From: an uncultured Candidatus Saccharibacteria bacterium
Lineage (GTDB): Bacteria; Patescibacteriota; Minisyncoccia; Phycocordibacterales; CAIZLB01
Assembly (NCBI GenBank): GCA_964550955.1
Contig: CAZKAF010000001.1
Location: forward strand, 99,951 to 163,950
Reading direction: 5' to 3'
DNA length: 64,000 bases
Below are positions 19,501 to 28,740 of this stretch, one piece after another. The notes below the pieces were generated by a model. The model saw only the letters and a list, made by a program, of their open reading frames with translations, was not told the DNA's origin and ran no database searches. A program made the position numbers and the translations under genes. Positions within the stretch are counted from its first letter, which is position 1. The number at the start of each line of letters is the position of its first letter.

Positions 19501-21198
19501 TTATTCTGCCGTTTCGGCATCCTTGCGTTCCTGGTCAAGATTTATCAGCCTGGATCCGTTCAGGAGCCTCTCTTCGAGAATCGTCGCGCCGCCTCGGTGC
19601 TCGATCCTGCTCGCATTCTCCGCTGAGACGATCAGGTTTCCCGTGACCCATATTTCCGCTCGGGAAGCGTTTGACGCGCTGACGGTCATGTTTTCCGTCT
19701 TAAGGGATGATGCCTGATAATTCGAAGCGTTCTTCAGGGTCGTGGTGGCAGACCCGGCCGTCCCCGTGAGGGATATTCGAGAGCTGTTTTCCAGTCGCGT
19801 CGCAAGAGTCCTCGTCGTCACTTCCATGTCGGCGCGGCTTGAGTTCCGAAGCTCGATTGTCAGCGAGTCGGTCGTCAGCTTTCCGGTCAGGCTCGCCGCG
19901 TTTTCAAGGAGTATTCCGGAGAGGTCGGGGACCGTGATCGTCATGTCGACCGTTCCGATATCGCAAAACAAGCATTCCTTGTTGGCCATGTTCCTGCTTA
20001 TTTTCAAGACGCCTTCTTCTGCAACGAGGCTTACCCGGTCTATGGCGCCCTTCCTGCCTTCCGCGATTATGCTCGTCTCGCTTCCTTGGACGATTTTCAC
20101 CCGAACGCTTTTTGCCTCGATCCTTGAGAATTCTCCCGGCGCTTGCATGATTCTGGTTTCGGCTGCGGATCCGGGATCATTGGCCACGGCCTCCATTGAC
20201 TTGAAGACGGTGCTGGTGACCAGCAGGCCGCTTGCCGTCAGCGCGACGAACCAGATGCTCAGAAGAAGCAGGGTATTCGCCTTGTTGACCTTGCTTGTCC
20301 TGAAGAGAAGATCGGCAGAGCAGAAGCCTATGAAAATAAGCGGCGCGGCGGCGGCAAGGTAGACTGCCGCAACTGCTCCGTAGAAGAGGGGTCCTGTCAG
20401 GACGCCGGCCACTGTCGGATCGAAGAGGGATACGGGATATCCCGAAAGGGCCATGCCTGCCGCTATGGTCAGGGCGACGATGCCTCCGAATGAGATGGCG
20501 CCCATCATGATTCCCGTCGCGATTCTGAGAAAGCCCAGCGCGTGCCGCTCGAGGAACTTGACCGTCTTTCGTATCGGATTGCGCGCCTTGCTCACTCCGT
20601 CCTTGATGGTATTGCTCGCCATGCTTCTCATGGTCTTGAGATTTACCGGATTGCCCCGCATGGCCAATTTCTGCGAAGCGGTCTTCGCTTCCGGCATGGT
20701 AATCCAGAGGATGACGTAGAGAAGTATGCCGATGCCGCTCGTGAATGTCAGCACTATGAAAAGCACCCTGAAGAGCACGGGGTCGATATTGAAATAAAAT
20801 CCGAGGCCTGACGAAACTCCGGCGATGATCGCGTTATCAGGATCCCGGTACAGCGTCTTGCCGGACCGGACGTATTCATCCGAACCCTGCGCGCCTTCCC
20901 GGGCATCGGAAGATCCTGACTTGTCGGAATCCGCTTCCTTGAGCTGTTCCACGGTACCGATATCCTTTATGACTTCTTCGACCTTGCTCAGGGCGATGGT
21001 CTTCGGGCTGGTCTTGGAGTCAGATTCCTCGAACTTCTCGGCGATGCGCGCCTCGATGTCCTTCAGTATTTCGTCAGTATCGTCGCTTGCGGAGAAGAAC
21101 TCCCTCACGGAAGCGAGATAGCCTTCAAGCGCCGCATACGCATCGTCCTCAAGATAGAAGAGGGTATTGTTTATCGTGATGCTCGTAGTTTTTTTCAT
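19501..21198 (-). CDS. PspC-domain membrane protein with C-terminal DUF4097-like (toast-rack) region
   Basis: PspC motif LYRDPDNAIIAGVSSGLGFYFNIDPVLFRVLFIVLT. Multiple TM helices. The C-terminus is beta-rich. Confidence 0.75.
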   Translation of the reverse strand: MKKTTSITINNTLFYLEDDAYAALEGYLASVREFFSASDDTDEILKDIEARIAEKFEESDSKTSPKTIALSKVEEVIKDIGTVEQLKEADSDKSGSSDAREGAQGSDEYVRSGKTLYRDPDNAIIAGVSSGLGFYFNIDPVLFRVLFIVLTFTSGIGILLYVILWITMPEAKTASQKLAMRGNPVNLKTMRSMASNTIKDGVSKARNPIRKTVKFLERHALGFLRIATGIMMGAISFGGIVALTIAAGMALSGYPVSLFDPTVAGVLTGPLFYGAVAAVYLAAAAPLIFIGFCSADLLFRTSKVNKANTLLLLSIWFVALTASGLLVTSTVFKSMEAVANDPGSAAETRIMQAPGEFSRIEAKSVRVKIVQGSETSIIAEGRKGAIDRVSLVAEEGVLKISRNMANKECLFCDIGTVDMTITVPDLSGILLENAASLTGKLTTDSLTIELRNSSRADMEVTTRTLATRLENSSRISLTGTAGSATTTLKNASNYQASSLKTENMTVSASNASRAEIWVTGNLIVSAENASRIEHRGGATILEERLLNGSRLINLDQERKDAETAE

Positions 21199-21202
21199 GA
21201 TG

Positions 21203-21535
21203 TTATTTTAGTAGGCTGTTAATTGACTGCGCAAGCTCTTCCCAGATTCCTTTCATATCCTTCAGTTCCTTCTTTCCGTCCGATGTCAGCGAGTAGTATT
21301 TTCTCGGCGGTCCCGACTTTGATTCTTCCCATGAATAATCCAGCAATTCCTGCGCGCGCAGGCGGCTGAGGAGAGGGTAGAGGGTGCCTTCGACCACGAT
21401 AAGGTTCGCGGTCTTCAGCTTCTTGAGAATGTCCGATGCATATGCCTCGCCTTTTTCGATGATAAGCATCGTGCAGAATTCCAGCATTCCTTTCCTCATT
21501 TGCGCATGCGCTGATGAACTTGTATTTTCCTTCAT
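21203..21535 (-). CDS. PadR-family transcriptional regulator
   Basis: The wHTH segment ...ASDILKKL....VVEGTLYPLLSRL...L.. is PadR-like. A start at 21535 or 21499 is more plausible than the track start at 21709. Confidence 0.75.
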   Translation of the reverse strand: MKENTSSSAHAQMRKGMLEFCTMLIIEKGEAYASDILKKLKTANLIVVEGTLYPLLSRLRAQELLDYSWEESKSGPPRKYYSLTSDGKKELKDMKGIWEELAQSINSLLK

Positions 21536-21750
21536 GTAAGACAGTATCGCATATAGTACTATGTTACGCAAGGTACTATACTGACAATTATACACAGGGC
21601 TGATGTTCGGAATCGGCGGCAGGGAAATGCCATCCGGATTCAGGCGACGGAAGGGCTTAAGTAAACATTCACGCTGGTCTTCTTTCTGCGCCTCGGCGCG
21701 CATGTTCATAAGCCATATGAATTTCTTGAAGAATGGTTTATACTTCCTTC

Positions 21751-21894
21751 ATGGCAAAACGACAAGCGACAAATACAAAAAACAAGACATCACGATCAAA
21801 GAAGACGAAGAAGAGGCTTGCGGTCAAGTCAGAAATGCTCGCGAAGAAGGCGGCAAAGAAGGCAAAAACCAAAGGCAGGGCCAAGAACCAATAA
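21751..21894 (+). CDS. 47-aa highly basic protein (below the ORF-track size cutoff)
   Basis: MAKRQATNTKNKTSRSKKTKKRLAVKSEMLAKKAAKKAKTKGRAKNQ. The stop lies 30 nt before a strong terminator. TATACT at 21739-44 sits 7 nt before the ATG, suggesting a leaderless mRNA. Confidence 0.3.
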   Translation: MAKRQATNTKNKTSRSKKTKKRLAVKSEMLAKKAAKKAKTKGRAKNQ

Positions 21895-21923
21895 ATCCAG
21901 ATTGCTCACTTAATTACCAGCAA

Positions 21924-21961
21924 AGCAAAAAAATACCGCGCGAGATGCGCGGTATTTTTTT
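21924..21961. terminator. bidirectional rho-independent terminator
   Basis: A7, then ATACCGCGC-gagat-GCGCGGTAT, then T8. Confidence 0.75.
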
Positions 21962-22275
21962 ATCTGCGAGTTCCGAAAGAACTGAGATGCTTACGCCTGA
22001 GGCGCACCTTCAGCTGCAGGAGCAGCTTCACCTTCAACCGGAGCTCCCGCTGGAGCGACAACTACTTCTTCTTCAGTAGTAGTCGGGATATCTTGTTCTG
22101 TCATGTTGAATATAGGTTAAAATATGAGTAATTGGGTCGACTTGTCCATAGTACCAGCTCGGGCCGCGTTTGTCACTTTTCAAATCGTGAAAATGTAGCA
22201 TTGTGTTTTTGAAGCGCGCGCGGACAATGCGGGCAAAATATGCGAAGCGCTCCGTTCCAAGTATAATTAGCAGAA

Positions 22276-23763
22276 ATGCTTTTTAACTCGTTCGCATTTC
22301 TCATCTTCTTTCCGACGGTCGTATCCGCCTATTTTTTGATTCCGCACAAATTCAGAACCCCGTTTCTGCTTCTTGCGAGCTCGATTTTTTACATGTGGCT
22401 TGTGCCGTGGTACATGCTCGTGCTTCTGTTCCTGATCGTCGTCGATTACGGCTTGGCCTTGCGCATCGGGCGTTCCGAAGGAAAAAAGCGCCTGTATCTG
22501 CTATATGCCAGCATTCTCGCCACCTGCTCCGTCCTGTTCGTCTTCAAATATTATGCGTTCTTCAACGAAGTGACGGCCGTCGTCTTCTCTTGGGCGGGCC
22601 TGCTATATCAGGCGCCCAGCTTCTCTCTCATATTGCCGATAGGCCTCTCTTTCCACACGTTTCAAAGCCTGAGCTACGTCATAGAAGTCTACAGGGGGCG
22701 GCAAGCCGCAGAGCGGAGCTTCATGACATATGCGCTGTACGTCATGTTCTTTCCGCAGCTTGTCGCGGGGCCCATCGAGCGTCCCCAGCACCTGCTTCAT
22801 CAGTTCAAGGAAGTTCATGCCTTCGATGCCGAGCGGCTGTATGGCGGATTGCGCCTCATCCTTTGGGGCCTGTTCAAGAAAGTGGTGGTTGCCGACAGGC
22901 TCGCGCCCATTGTCGATACCGTCTTTGACGACCCGTCTCGATTCGGGGGCTTGGCGCTGATGACGGCAAGCGCATTGTTCACCCTTCAGATTTATCTGGA
23001 CTTTTCCGGATATTCGGATATCGCGCGCGGGTCGGCCAGGGCCATGGGATTCGAGCTGATGATAAATTTCCGGCGACCCTTCTTCGCGCATTCAGTTGCC
23101 GATTTCTGGAAGCGATGGCACATTTCGCTCACTGCGTGGTTCAGGGATTATGTATATATCCCTCTTGGCGGGAACAGGGTCTCGAGAGCCAGGTCTTATT
23201 TTAATCTCATCCTCACGTTCTTTTTAAGCGGATTATGGCACGGCGCGCACATTCATTTTGCCGTCTGGGGCCTGATAAACGGCGCGTATCTTTTTGTCCA
23301 GAAGGCCGCGAAAGATTTCGCCGGGAGGTTTCCTGCCTTTTCCGCGATCTATAAAGTCCCTCGGGGCGTGCATGGAATTTTCACGTTCATGCTGATTGCC
23401 GTATCATTCATATTCTTCAGGGCGAATTCCGTCGCGGAAGCCGCATACATAGTGAGCCGGCTTCCCGACAACGTGCTTGTCGATATCAGGAACCTGTACG
23501 GCTTGCTGCTGGAGGGAGGCGGCGTGACATCGTATCTTTTCAAGACGGCGGAATATTCAATCGAGCCCGTGCCTTTCCTTATCCTTTCGGTGTTCGCGGT
23601 CGAGTTCGTGTTCGAGTATCCCGAATCCCGGCTTTCGAGGAAGATTCGGTTCCTGCTCGGCAGATTCAGGGCCGTGCGGTGGGCGGTGTATTATGCGCTC
23701 ATCTTGGCGATCGTGATAATCGGAGTGCATGCTGACGTGCCGTTCATTTATTTCCAATTTTAA
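22276..23763 (+). CDS. MBOAT-family membrane O-acyltransferase (AlgI/DltB-like)
   Basis: 495 aa, polytopic; conserved His region WHISLTAWFRDYVYIPLGGNR. Confidence 0.85.
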   Translation: MLFNSFAFLIFFPTVVSAYFLIPHKFRTPFLLLASSIFYMWLVPWYMLVLLFLIVVDYGLALRIGRSEGKKRLYLLYASILATCSVLFVFKYYAFFNEVTAVVFSWAGLLYQAPSFSLILPIGLSFHTFQSLSYVIEVYRGRQAAERSFMTYALYVMFFPQLVAGPIERPQHLLHQFKEVHAFDAERLYGGLRLILWGLFKKVVVADRLAPIVDTVFDDPSRFGGLALMTASALFTLQIYLDFSGYSDIARGSARAMGFELMINFRRPFFAHSVADFWKRWHISLTAWFRDYVYIPLGGNRVSRARSYFNLILTFFLSGLWHGAHIHFAVWGLINGAYLFVQKAAKDFAGRFPAFSAIYKVPRGVHGIFTFMLIAVSFIFFRANSVAEAAYIVSRLPDNVLVDIRNLYGLLLEGGGVTSYLFKTAEYSIEPVPFLILSVFAVEFVFEYPESRLSRKIRFLLGRFRAVRWAVYYALILAIVIIGVHADVPFIYFQF

Positions 23764-23768
23764 GATTC

Positions 23769-24797
23769 ATGAAAACCTTCCAACAAATCCTGGCATTTAC
23801 CCTGATCGGCATCCTCGCGTATCTTCTTGCCGTAACTTTTCTTCCCAAATATCTTGTCAGCGGCATGAATTCGCACGGATGGTCGTTCGACGAGACTGCG
23901 GAGGACCTCAAGCGATTGGAACGCGCGGACATCCTCATTCTCGGATCGTCGCACGCATACCGGACTTTTGATCCGGATGTCGCCGAACGGGAAGGGGCTG
24001 ACATTTTCAACCTTGCAACGCCCGCGCAGACTCCCATGAACTCATATTTCATGTTCAAGGATTTTCTCGAGGGGAATCTTACGGGCGGCAGGAAAATTCG
24101 TCCCCAAGTCGTCGCGATCGAGCTGTACTGGAGAACGCTGAAGTCCAACGAAGGCCTGGAGTCCTATGTCAAAAGCATAAGCCATTATCCTCCCACCATG
24201 AATGCGCTGCGCTTGGCATTGGAACAGGAAAGCGTGACGGCATTCAACCTGTTCGCGTCGCGGCTCGCGAGGAGCGCCTTCGGCCTGAAAAGCAGGCCTG
24301 AAAATTTGTCGGACGGAAAGCCCTATCTTAGGAACGGATTTTTTGACTCGACCAAGGACAGGACCTCTGTCAAGCGCAGGCCCTCGCGGGGCATTGCCGG
24401 CTCGAAAGAGAATCAGGATGCTCAAATTCAGGGAATGTGCGGGGACAACAAGGATTCCTGCATGCCCCGAAAGAAGCAGGTTCAATATATAAGAGATATC
24501 GTGGCATTGGCCAGATCGGAAAAGATGCCGGTCGTGTTCGTCGTCGCTCCCATGCCGGATGATGATTTGGCGAATAACGTGTCGGAACGGGATGCGAACG
24601 CGGTCTTGAGCGTGCTGGCAAAGGAGCTGGAAGTGCCATTCATCGTCGATTTTTCAGATGCTGGCCTGGACGATTACGAAGACTACGAGGATGGAAGCCA
24701 TCTGAACAAGCTCGGCGCCGAGAAGGTGACGCGCGAATTCTTGAGGCAAATCAGGAAAATACCAGGGTACAGCTCTCATTCCAAGTCTAGTTTTTAG
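23769..24797 (+). CDS. DltD/AlgJ-like SGNH-fold partner of the MBOAT acyltransferase
   Basis: N-terminal TM anchor; ILILGSSHA block; position immediately downstream of the MBOAT gene. Confidence 0.55.
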   Translation: MKTFQQILAFTLIGILAYLLAVTFLPKYLVSGMNSHGWSFDETAEDLKRLERADILILGSSHAYRTFDPDVAEREGADIFNLATPAQTPMNSYFMFKDFLEGNLTGGRKIRPQVVAIELYWRTLKSNEGLESYVKSISHYPPTMNALRLALEQESVTAFNLFASRLARSAFGLKSRPENLSDGKPYLRNGFFDSTKDRTSVKRRPSRGIAGSKENQDAQIQGMCGDNKDSCMPRKKQVQYIRDIVALARSEKMPVVFVVAPMPDDDLANNVSERDANAVLSVLAKELEVPFIVDFSDAGLDDYEDYEDGSHLNKLGAEKVTREFLRQIRKIPGYSSHSKSSF

Positions 24798-24827
24798 GGC
24801 TTTTTTATGAGGGTATAATGTGCCTGC

Positions 24828-26030
24828 ATGACGCAAAATCCCTCAAAAGCCCCGGGCTCGGCCGCCGGGCATCCTCAATTTCCCAAAGTCTGCGTGGTAA
24901 AAGATACCGTTCTGACGTATTCGGAGACGTTCATCGGACATCATGTGCGCTGCCTCTCGGCCGAGCTTTGCATACTTTCGGATTTCATGTACAGGAGCGA
25001 GCTCAAGTCCCGAACGATGCGGTTCGTCAATCGCGTCTCTCTCTTCCTGACAAACAAGTCGTTCCTGACCAAGGTGAAAAAAAAGCGATTCAAGGAATTT
25101 CTGTTAAAAAATAATATCGATGTAGTCCTGGCCGAGTTCGGGCCTACCGGAGTCATCGTCAGGGGAGTCTGCGAGGAATTGGGCATTCCTCTCGTCGTTC
25201 ATTTTCACGGGTATGACGCCTCGCGCTTCGACGTGCTGCGAAAGAACAGGAAGGAGTACGAGCACCTGTTCCAGGCCGCGCGGAAGGTTATCGCCGTCTC
25301 GAAGGAAATGGAAGGCGACCTGATAGCTCTCGGCGCTGACAAGAGAAAAATCGCTTTCAACTCATGCGGGGTGGATACGGACTTGTTCGCGCCTCCGGCA
25401 GACGCCCGCCGTTCTGAAACGTTTCTCGCGGTCGGCCGGCTGGTAGAAAAAAAATCTCCGGATTCCACGATTCTCGCATTCTCGCGCATCGCCGAAGAAT
25501 TTCCGTCCGCCCGGCTTGTGGTCGTCGGTTCGGGTCCCTCGCTGTCCACGTGCAGGAGAATCGTATCGGATTTCAAGCTCGAATCGAAAGTCGAGCTGAG
25601 GCAGAATTGCCCGCATGACGAGGTGGTCCGGCTGATGTCGGAAGCGGGATGCTTCGTGCAGCATTCCAAGACGGCATCGAACGGGGACAAGGAAGGCACG
25701 CCCGTGGCGATCCTCGAAGCGAGCTCGGCCGGATTGCCGGTCATTTCAACCCTGCATGCCGGCATCAAGGATGCGGTCATTGACGGCGTTACGGGATTGC
25801 TGGGTCCGGAAGACGACATCGAGCGCATGGCGGAATCGATGAGAAAGATCCTGAGAAGCCCTCGTCTCGGAAGCGTGATGGGAAAGGCGGGCCGTCAGCA
25901 CGTCCTCAAGAATTATTCGCACGAGGTGGTCGATGCCCGGCTGAAAGAAATAGTGGTTTCCGCTTGGCATGAAAGCCTCGCGCATGAGGCCGGATCAGTT
26001 ACTAAGGAAATTATCACAGCAAGCGCATGA
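24828..26030 (+). CDS. GT4-family glycosyltransferase
   Basis: EGTPVAILEASSAGLPVISTLHAGIKDAV..G.TGLL, a GT-B C-terminal motif. Confidence 0.8.
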   Translation: MTQNPSKAPGSAAGHPQFPKVCVVKDTVLTYSETFIGHHVRCLSAELCILSDFMYRSELKSRTMRFVNRVSLFLTNKSFLTKVKKKRFKEFLLKNNIDVVLAEFGPTGVIVRGVCEELGIPLVVHFHGYDASRFDVLRKNRKEYEHLFQAARKVIAVSKEMEGDLIALGADKRKIAFNSCGVDTDLFAPPADARRSETFLAVGRLVEKKSPDSTILAFSRIAEEFPSARLVVVGSGPSLSTCRRIVSDFKLESKVELRQNCPHDEVVRLMSEAGCFVQHSKTASNGDKEGTPVAILEASSAGLPVISTLHAGIKDAVIDGVTGLLGPEDDIERMAESMRKILRSPRLGSVMGKAGRQHVLKNYSHEVVDARLKEIVVSAWHESLAHEAGSVTKEIITASA

Positions 26031-27103
26031 CCTCGACTAATCGACCGGATAAAACTTTCGTATTTTCAGTTTGCGGAGACATGGGGGTTGTCGACGTGAA
26101 CATGGCTCTCAAGTTCGTTCAGCAGGCCGTCAGGGATTCGGCTCATCCTGATCAGTACGACGTGCTCGTGCTTGCCGGGCGGGTGACTGAAAAAATATCT
26201 CATACCAGGGTTATCGAGGTGGATATCCCCGAAGACCTGAGCGACGCTCAGGGCAGCCGATATCTGAAGACGGCTCCGCATAAATTCATTCCGGACATGC
26301 GCGGCACGTACTGTTACCTGGACAATGACGCCTTCGTGCTTTCGGCATCCGCGCTCAAAATATTCGATCTGAAGAAAGGCATCGTCCAGTTCGCCTCCGA
26401 TCAGTTTGTCACGGTCAGGAAGTTCACTCATCCGAGCCTTCATTATGGAAATTTGCCCGACGCGCTCAATCACTATTTCAAGGTGCGCGTCGATGCCGAC
26501 TGGAGAATATGGAACAGCGGGGTGTATCTGTTCGATTCGGATTCAAGGGATTTTCTCGACGCGTGGCACGCGTTCATGCTTCAGACGTTCGATATCCCGC
26601 AATGGAAAGTGAAGGATCAGGCGCCGCTCATCGCCGCCGTTTGGAAATTCGGCCTTGAGAATGCGGACAGGATTCCGTCCGTTTACAACTGGCTGTATGG
26701 CATGAGCGAGAGAGGGAAGCATAAGACCGTTTTCGCGAAAGACGGGCCGCGAAGCGCCGGCCTTTATTACAAGAAGAACAAAATCCGGATAGTTCACTTT
26801 ATCGGCGGCGACAGGAACAAGGGCGCGAAGGAATGGCTGAGCTGCTTCGAGCTTGTCCTGAATCCGTCATCAGCCGAATTTAAAAAAATAAAGAAATACC
26901 AGAACGCCTTGAAGCGGTCGGGAAGGCGGATTTTCAATTCTCTCAAAAGCAGGTCGGAGATGCTCGTTCTGAGGCCCTTGTGGCATGTCTCCGCGATATT
27001 TCGCGAATTCGTGCCGGGATATGCCGCCCGCCTGGACAGCCTCAAGCAAAGGCATGCCGAGAAAAGGCTGGAAAAGCTGAAGGCCGAAACATGGTACACT
27101 TGA
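26027..27103 (+). CDS. hypothetical protein in glycan locus (possible GT-A-like transferase)
   Basis: 358 aa; YLDNDAFVL could be a DxD motif; 4-nt overlap with the upstream gene. Confidence 0.45.
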   Translation: MTSTNRPDKTFVFSVCGDMGVVDVNMALKFVQQAVRDSAHPDQYDVLVLAGRVTEKISHTRVIEVDIPEDLSDAQGSRYLKTAPHKFIPDMRGTYCYLDNDAFVLSASALKIFDLKKGIVQFASDQFVTVRKFTHPSLHYGNLPDALNHYFKVRVDADWRIWNSGVYLFDSDSRDFLDAWHAFMLQTFDIPQWKVKDQAPLIAAVWKFGLENADRIPSVYNWLYGMSERGKHKTVFAKDGPRSAGLYYKKNKIRIVHFIGGDRNKGAKEWLSCFELVLNPSSAEFKKIKKYQNALKRSGRRIFNSLKSRSEMLVLRPLWHVSAIFREFVPGYAARLDSLKQRHAEKRLEKLKAETWYT

Positions 27104-27125
27104 TGCATAATCATAATGCGCGCGC

Positions 27126-27905
27126 ATGAATTCATACAGCCTAAAATTTAAAAAAGTAATGAATTTGAGCCTCTCACTGGCCGGCGCGCATTTCAAGCTG
27201 CGCAATGAGGGAAGCTACCTGGGCATCCTCTGGTATCTGCTGAACCCCCTGGCGCTCTTCGCGGTCCTGCTGTTCGTGAAGCATGCGGCGTTCAGCGCCA
27301 GCGTGCCGATTCAGCATTATCCTCTGTATCTCTTCGTCGGCCTGGTCATGCAGAATTACCTGAACCGCGCCGTCGCGGGCTCCGTGGACATTATCCGCAA
27401 GAATGCCGGGTTCATAAAGTCCATACAGATACCTCTCGAGGCGCTGGTCATCTCAAGCGTCATGCACATGCTGTACGCGCATGCGTTCGAAATGATTCTC
27501 GTCGCGGGCCTCGTCCTGTATTTCGGCGTCTCGCTTTCCATGCTTCTCTTTTACGCCGTCTCGGTGATCCTGTTCACGCTTTTCATTCTCGGCCTCTCGT
27601 TCGTCTTCGCCACGATCGGCGCTTATGCCAATGACGTGCAGAATGTCTGGAACGTGGTTTCCCAGATACTCTTCTTCATCACTCCCATATTTTACTCGGT
27701 GCATCCCGGCACGTTCCTGCATGCGATCAACCAATTCAATCCTCTCTACTATTTCATCACGTTCGCCCGCTGGCCCGCCATCGCCCAGTCCGGCATGACC
27801 GCCGGATCGCTCTTCGCCGCCCTGGCCGGCTTTTCCTTCCTGAGCCTGGGCATCGGACTTTTTGTATTCGAGAAAAGCAAGCGAAAGTTCGCCGAATTAG
27901 TGTAG
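27126..27905 (+). CDS. ABC-2 type polysaccharide export permease (Wzm/TagG/KpsM-like)
   Basis: Six TM helices; position upstream of a Wzt-like ATPase. Confidence 0.75.
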   Translation: MNSYSLKFKKVMNLSLSLAGAHFKLRNEGSYLGILWYLLNPLALFAVLLFVKHAAFSASVPIQHYPLYLFVGLVMQNYLNRAVAGSVDIIRKNAGFIKSIQIPLEALVISSVMHMLYAHAFEMILVAGLVLYFGVSLSMLLFYAVSVILFTLFILGLSFVFATIGAYANDVQNVWNVVSQILFFITPIFYSVHPGTFLHAINQFNPLYYFITFARWPAIAQSGMTAGSLFAALAGFSFLSLGIGLFVFEKSKRKFAELV

Positions 27906-27922
27906 GCGCATAAAAAAATCAG

Positions 27923-28714
27923 ATGAATCATCCGCCCAATAATTACCAAGATCGGAAAGTCAGGATCGACGTCAGGAAGGTTTCGAAGACGTTCGACATA
28001 AGCACTAAAAAGAATGAGACCACCCTCTTCAAGCTCGTCAGCGCCTTTTCGGGCAAGAATCTTCACAGGAAAATAAAAGTGCTCGATTCCGTTTCCTTCT
28101 CGGTAAGAAGCGGGGAAGTGCTGGGCGTCGTCGGAAGGAACGGATCGGGCAAGAGCACCCTGCTTCGCCTGATCGCGGGCGTGTATGAAAAAGACGAGGG
28201 CGAGATCGCGGCGGAAGGCAACCTCGTCTACATAGCGAGCTTTTCGCAGGGGCTCAAGGACAAGCTGACCATGAGGGAGAACATCTTCCTCGTGGGGGCC
28301 ATCTTCGGCCTGCAATACGAGGACGTCAGGAAAATATTTGACGATATCGTGAATTTTTCAGATCTCCGGGATTTCGTGGACGCGAAGGTGTATCAGTTTT
28401 CTACCGGCATGGTCACCCGGCTTACGTTCTCCATCGCCGTTCACTGCCTTGAATTCAGGAAGCCCGACATCCTGCTTCTGGACGAGGTCCTGAGCGCCGG
28501 AGGCGACCTGCAGTTCAAGGCCAAGGCTCATGAAAGGATACAGAAGCTCGTCCGAAGCGGCGCTTCGGTGGTGATTGTCAGCCACAATATGGCCGATATA
28601 CAAAAGCACGCGCATGCGGTACTGTGGCTCGACAAGGGGGCGGTCAAGATGGTCGGCTCGCCGGAAGAAATCCTGCCCTTATATGGCTCGCATGACTCCG
28701 CGCGTCCCGCATAA
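27923..28714 (+). CDS. ABC transporter ATP-binding protein (Wzt/TagH-like)
   Basis: Walker A GRNGSGKST, signature region, Walker B ILLLDE. Confidence 0.85.
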   Translation: MNHPPNNYQDRKVRIDVRKVSKTFDISTKKNETTLFKLVSAFSGKNLHRKIKVLDSVSFSVRSGEVLGVVGRNGSGKSTLLRLIAGVYEKDEGEIAAEGNLVYIASFSQGLKDKLTMRENIFLVGAIFGLQYEDVRKIFDDIVNFSDLRDFVDAKVYQFSTGMVTRLTFSIAVHCLEFRKPDILLLDEVLSAGGDLQFKAKAHERIQKLVRSGASVVIVSHNMADIQKHAHAVLWLDKGAVKMVGSPEEILPLYGSHDSARPA

Positions 28715-28740
28715 ATCTGCGTGGCTCGCATAAACAGAAC

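Noticed and set aside
19742-20362. 206-aa plus-strand ORF antisense to the PspC-domain gene
   Set aside because: Ser/Ala/Arg-rich translation without motifs, on the opposite strand of a well-supported gene.
21603-22079. 158-aa track ORF on the plus strand
   Set aside because: Its frame passes through a perfect A7/T8-flanked terminator hairpin and has a low-complexity KE/Q-rich translation. A 47-aa ORF in another frame fits the signals better.
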